The translations under genes and the position numbers were made by a program. A stretch of DNA of 64,000 nucleotides from an uncultured delta proteobacterium (GTDB taxonomy: Bacteria > Desulfobacterota > Desulfobacteria > Desulfobacterales > SG8-13). The stretch spans positions 620,001 through 684,000 of the forward strand of contig CAWKCK010000005.1 of NCBI GenBank assembly GCA_963848135.1, written 5' to 3'. The notes below the pieces were generated by a model. That model searched no databases. It saw nothing but the letters and a program-made list of their open reading frames with translations, and was not told the DNA's origin. Below are positions 60,690 to 64,000 of the stretch, one piece after another (the stretch's first letter is position 1; each line of letters starts with the position of its first letter).

Positions 60690-62972
60690 ATGAATCAGGT
60701 TTTAAAATATTTCTTTTCCATTGTGTTACTCAGCACCACCATTTTTATCGCTTGTGCGTCCGATGAGGAAAAAACACTTTCACATTTCAACAAAGGTCAG
60801 GCCTATTTTGAAAAGGGCGAATATAAAGCCGCATTGTTGGAGTACAAAAACGCAGTAAAGATTGACCCCAGGTTTATCGCTGCAAATCTCGAGATGGCTA
60901 AAACACAAGTCGCGTTAGGAGATGGACGGGGCGCATATAAAAGCTACCTGAGAGTCAAAGAGCTGGACCCCAGTGCAATAGAGGCACGGATCGCGCTGGT
61001 TAAGTTTTATTTGATCGAGAGAAACTTTGACGAAGCTGCAAACGACATCGACTTCATTCTGCAAACTGAACCGCAGAACACAGAGGCGCTCCTGCTTCTC
61101 GCGGGGCTGCGGGAGCTTGAAGATAATCCATGGGAAGCAGAGAAAGCTCTACGGCAAATTATTGAACTGGACCGATTGAACAAATCAGCCTACCGTGGCC
61201 TGGCACGGCTACTTAAGCGCCAAGGAAAAACGGAAGAAGCAGAAGCGGTGTTGATGCAAGCCGCGGCAGTGATGGGAGACGACCCGGGGCTGCAGCTCGA
61301 ATTGGCGGCACTTTATGCAAACAATAAGCAATTCGATCGTGTCGAGGAGGCCTTGAAGAGGGCTGTGGACCTCGAACCCCAAAACCCGGATCTGTATATC
61401 ACTCTTGGAAACTTCTATGCCAGTATCGGAAAAGTGGATCAGGCCGAAAAGAGTTTTCGTCTTGCTGTTGATGTTGCCCCTGATTCTACGAAACCCCTTT
61501 TGGTATTGGCCAGGTTTTACGATGCTATGAACCAGCCTGACAACGCGCTGTCCATATACCAAGAAACGCTCCAAAAATATCCAGACGACGTCATTGTCAA
61601 TCTGGCGCTCGCCCGGCATTATTTCAAGAACCAACAGATCGAAATGGCAGAGCAGAGGGTCAGCGACATTCTAAAGAAACAGCCGAAATTATTTCCGGCC
61701 CGTGTGTTGAGCGGTGAAATATTGTTAGTTAAAAATGAGAACGACAAGGCCCTTGAACTGTTCAGCCAACTGGCCGAAGAAGAACCTGAATCCGATCGGG
61801 TTCTGTTCTCAAAAGCACACGCTTACACAAATAGTGGAAATATCACGCTGGCCAAGGCCGATGCAGTGAAGGCCTTGGATTTGAACCCAAAAAATATCGA
61901 AGCACGATTGCTGCTGGCTGAACTCTATTATAGAGGACGTGACTATGCCAATGCCCTGAAAGAAAGCCGGGAGGTTTTGGGTTTGAGGCCGGAAAGCGTC
62001 CAGGCGCTGCTCATTGCGGGTAAAAGCGCGATGCACCAAAAAGAGTATGATGAAAGCCGCCGATTATTGGAGACGGTCATCCGTTTGGCGCCGGACAGCC
62101 CGGAGGGGTATTACCAGATGGGTCGGCTGAGCCTCACCGAAAACGATCAGGATACCGCCATCGAATACTTTCATAAAGCTCTCGACCGCGACCCTAAACA
62201 CATGGAAGCATTCACCAATCTGGTCCTTGCCTACATGCGCAAGAAGGACATGTCCGCCGCAATTCGTGCCTGTGACACGCAACTGCTCAAAGTCAACGAA
62301 AACCCAAGGTCACAGGCTGTCATCCAAAACGTGAAGGGCGTCCTTTTCCTCGAACAGAAGAACCAGACAAAGGCTGTAAACCAGTTCAAAGAAGCACTGT
62401 TGACCGATCCGAATTACCTTCCTCCCTATTACGCCCTGGCTCAGCTTTATTTATCAGAAAATCGAGCGGAGCAGGCCATCGAGCAGTTCCAAAATGCCCT
62501 CGCAAAAAATCCGAATCAAACCGCAGCGCATATGTTCTTGGGAATGATATATGATTCGATGAAAGATTCTGCATTAGCGGAAAAGAACTATCGCGCCGCT
62601 CTCGATCTCAATCCAGATTTCGCACCCGCAGCCAACAACCTTGCTTATCTTTTAGCAGACCAAGATCGTGAGCTGAACGAGGCTTTGAAATTAGCCAACA
62701 TAGCCAAAAAGTCAAATCCTGACGAGCCGAGTATCGCAGACACTCTGGGTTGGGTCTATTACAAGAGAGGGCTCTATGCGAATGCTGTGAGTGAACTCAC
62801 CGCTGTCGTTGAAAAACTGCCTGACAATGCAACAGTGAGATATCATCTGGGGATGAGTTATCTCAATAATGGAGAAAAGGAAAAAGCCAAGCTGGAACTG
62901 GAAAAGGCCCTCAGTCTGGATGAGTCATTTAACGGATCCAAAGAAGCTGAGAAGGCGCTGGCAGGATTGTAA
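60690..62972 (+). CDS. PrsT-like TPR-repeat lipoprotein of the PEP-CTERM system
   Basis: Lipobox FIAC, many TPRs, C-terminal NNLA...DTLGWVY...YHLG. Confidence 0.85.
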   Translation: MNQVLKYFFSIVLLSTTIFIACASDEEKTLSHFNKGQAYFEKGEYKAALLEYKNAVKIDPRFIAANLEMAKTQVALGDGRGAYKSYLRVKELDPSAIEARIALVKFYLIERNFDEAANDIDFILQTEPQNTEALLLLAGLRELEDNPWEAEKALRQIIELDRLNKSAYRGLARLLKRQGKTEEAEAVLMQAAAVMGDDPGLQLELAALYANNKQFDRVEEALKRAVDLEPQNPDLYITLGNFYASIGKVDQAEKSFRLAVDVAPDSTKPLLVLARFYDAMNQPDNALSIYQETLQKYPDDVIVNLALARHYFKNQQIEMAEQRVSDILKKQPKLFPARVLSGEILLVKNENDKALELFSQLAEEEPESDRVLFSKAHAYTNSGNITLAKADAVKALDLNPKNIEARLLLAELYYRGRDYANALKESREVLGLRPESVQALLIAGKSAMHQKEYDESRRLLETVIRLAPDSPEGYYQMGRLSLTENDQDTAIEYFHKALDRDPKHMEAFTNLVLAYMRKKDMSAAIRACDTQLLKVNENPRSQAVIQNVKGVLFLEQKNQTKAVNQFKEALLTDPNYLPPYYALAQLYLSENRAEQAIEQFQNALAKNPNQTAAHMFLGMIYDSMKDSALAEKNYRAALDLNPDFAPAANNLAYLLADQDRELNEALKLANIAKKSNPDEPSIADTLGWVYYKRGLYANAVSELTAVVEKLPDNATVRYHLGMSYLNNGEKEKAKLELEKALSLDESFNGSKEAEKALAGL

Positions 62973-63016
62973 TTTCTTGGCTCTGATGGTGATCAAGAAC
63001 GTCAATTAATAAAATA

Positions 63017-63254
63017 GGTTCTTCTCCGATTTGTTTGGTGTAAATTGTTGCGAAGTTCATTCATGGATCATAGCGTAGTTAAATTGGCCGCCCGCTCACT
63101 TCGCTCGCTCGACAGACACTGACGGATACAGACTTTTGCCTCCGCGACCTGCGGAGGCAAAACAAGCAATCGCTGCACGAGGCCATCTGCTGTTCTGCCT
63201 GAAAGGCATGCACCATTTTACCCGGGCAAGTCGCCCGGGTAAAAAGAGTTTGTC
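63017..63254 (-). repeat. Right copy of the ~240-bp inverted repeat
   Basis: Reverse complement of 60273-60509 with scattered mismatches. Confidence 0.85.
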
Positions 63255-63678
63255 AGCGTTATGTCAGCGTGCGTCAGCGGTTAATTTATACTTTTATTTT
63301 GATAAGATATGAATCATTTGCCTGCAAAAACCACCAACTTTTTTGTAGATGATCCATAAAATAATATACGTTATTTTCAAATTCATTTATTCTCGATTCT
63401 CAATACCCCACCTAAGAAATATTTCAACATTGGCCGCTCGTCTCAGGCACGGCTCAATTTTTTTTGATCCAGCAAATCTTCTCTGTACTCCAGAAAATGA
63501 TATTTAAAAGTAAAAACTCGTTAGTCATTATCCTGAGTCAAGCGATAACGATTTTGTGAATATTAGTAAATATCATTAAGTAAATTTTTATACAGATATC
63601 ATTCGATTATTATTCTCATTCAGTTTATAACTTATTGTTTTTATGTACTTAAACATATTTTTTTAATGTTATTAATTC

Positions 63679-63694
63679 GGGCATGTTATTTGCT
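63679..63694 (+). promoter_or_regulatory. Sigma54 promoter
   Basis: GGGCATGTTATTTGCT (GG-N10-GC). Confidence 0.65.
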
Positions 63695-63810
63695 TAACTT
63701 ATCGGAACATTTTAATGAACAACAAAAAAAATAAGAAATATAGGTCCCTGTTAGGCTATTTCTAATTTTACTCCACAAGCGGCTACCAACTACACATGAG
63801 GATGGCTCCT

Positions 63811-64000
63811 ATGGTAAAGGGAAAAAAAATAATGTTCTGCTGTGCTGTTTCACTCCTTTTAATCATTTCTGCTATTCCTTCAGGATTGTGGGCATACCCA
63901 CTCAAGGTAGGTGATGTCATTTCTTTATCAGATGGACCGGGGACGACTAATGGTGGTGAGTTCAAAGTCAATTTGGTAAGCCCCACCAGTGCCTCTGATA
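63811..64000 (+). CDS. 5' part of a secreted protein, probably another PEP-CTERM protein (runs off the window)
   Basis: GAGGA RBS; signal peptide then YPLKVGDVISLSDGPGTTNGGEF; sigma54 promoter upstream. Confidence 0.65.
   Translation, partial: MVKGKKIMFCCAVSLLLIISAIPSGLWAYPLKVGDVISLSDGPGTTNGGEFKVNLVSPTSASD

Overview
Window from a Desulfobacterota-like (deltaproteobacterial) chromosome; the taxon is inferred from gene content. (1) 1-7.8 kb: a methylmalonyl-CoA/pyruvate transcarboxylase-type cluster, an ABM-family protein and an orphan multi-PAS histidine kinase. (2) About 7.8-39.7 kb: an accessory island ending at the 3' end of tRNA-Asp. It starts with phage-like remnants and holds a ~26 kb cluster for anaerobic catabolism of an unknown organic acid or lactone. 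The cluster has two TRAP transporters, two atypical OYE/Fe-S flavoenzymes, a 4-hydroxybutyryl-CoA dehydratase-like enzyme, a four-subunit 2-oxoacid:ferredoxin oxidoreductase, a D-2-hydroxyacid dehydrogenase, a LarA-like protein, a beta-decarboxylating dehydrogenase, two lactonase-like hydrolases, an isomerase, a racemase, a cupin, an unknown His-motif protein and a GntR regulator. It is followed by a complete IS110-family (IS1111-type) element, whose ends, junction promoter and candidate bridge/seekRNA can be read from the sequence, and by a broken tyrosine integrase. (3) 39.7-47.5 kb: core region with tRNA-Asp/Val/Leu/Pro, tig-clpP-clpX-lon and an amidase. (4) 47.5-64 kb: a rearranged PEP-CTERM/exopolysaccharide locus (prsK, prsR, sugar transferase, prsT-like, PEP-CTERM proteins, large surface protein) with sigma54 promoters, many MITE-like repeats and an IS200/IS605 remnant. 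All family calls come from motif recognition by eye; no searches were run.
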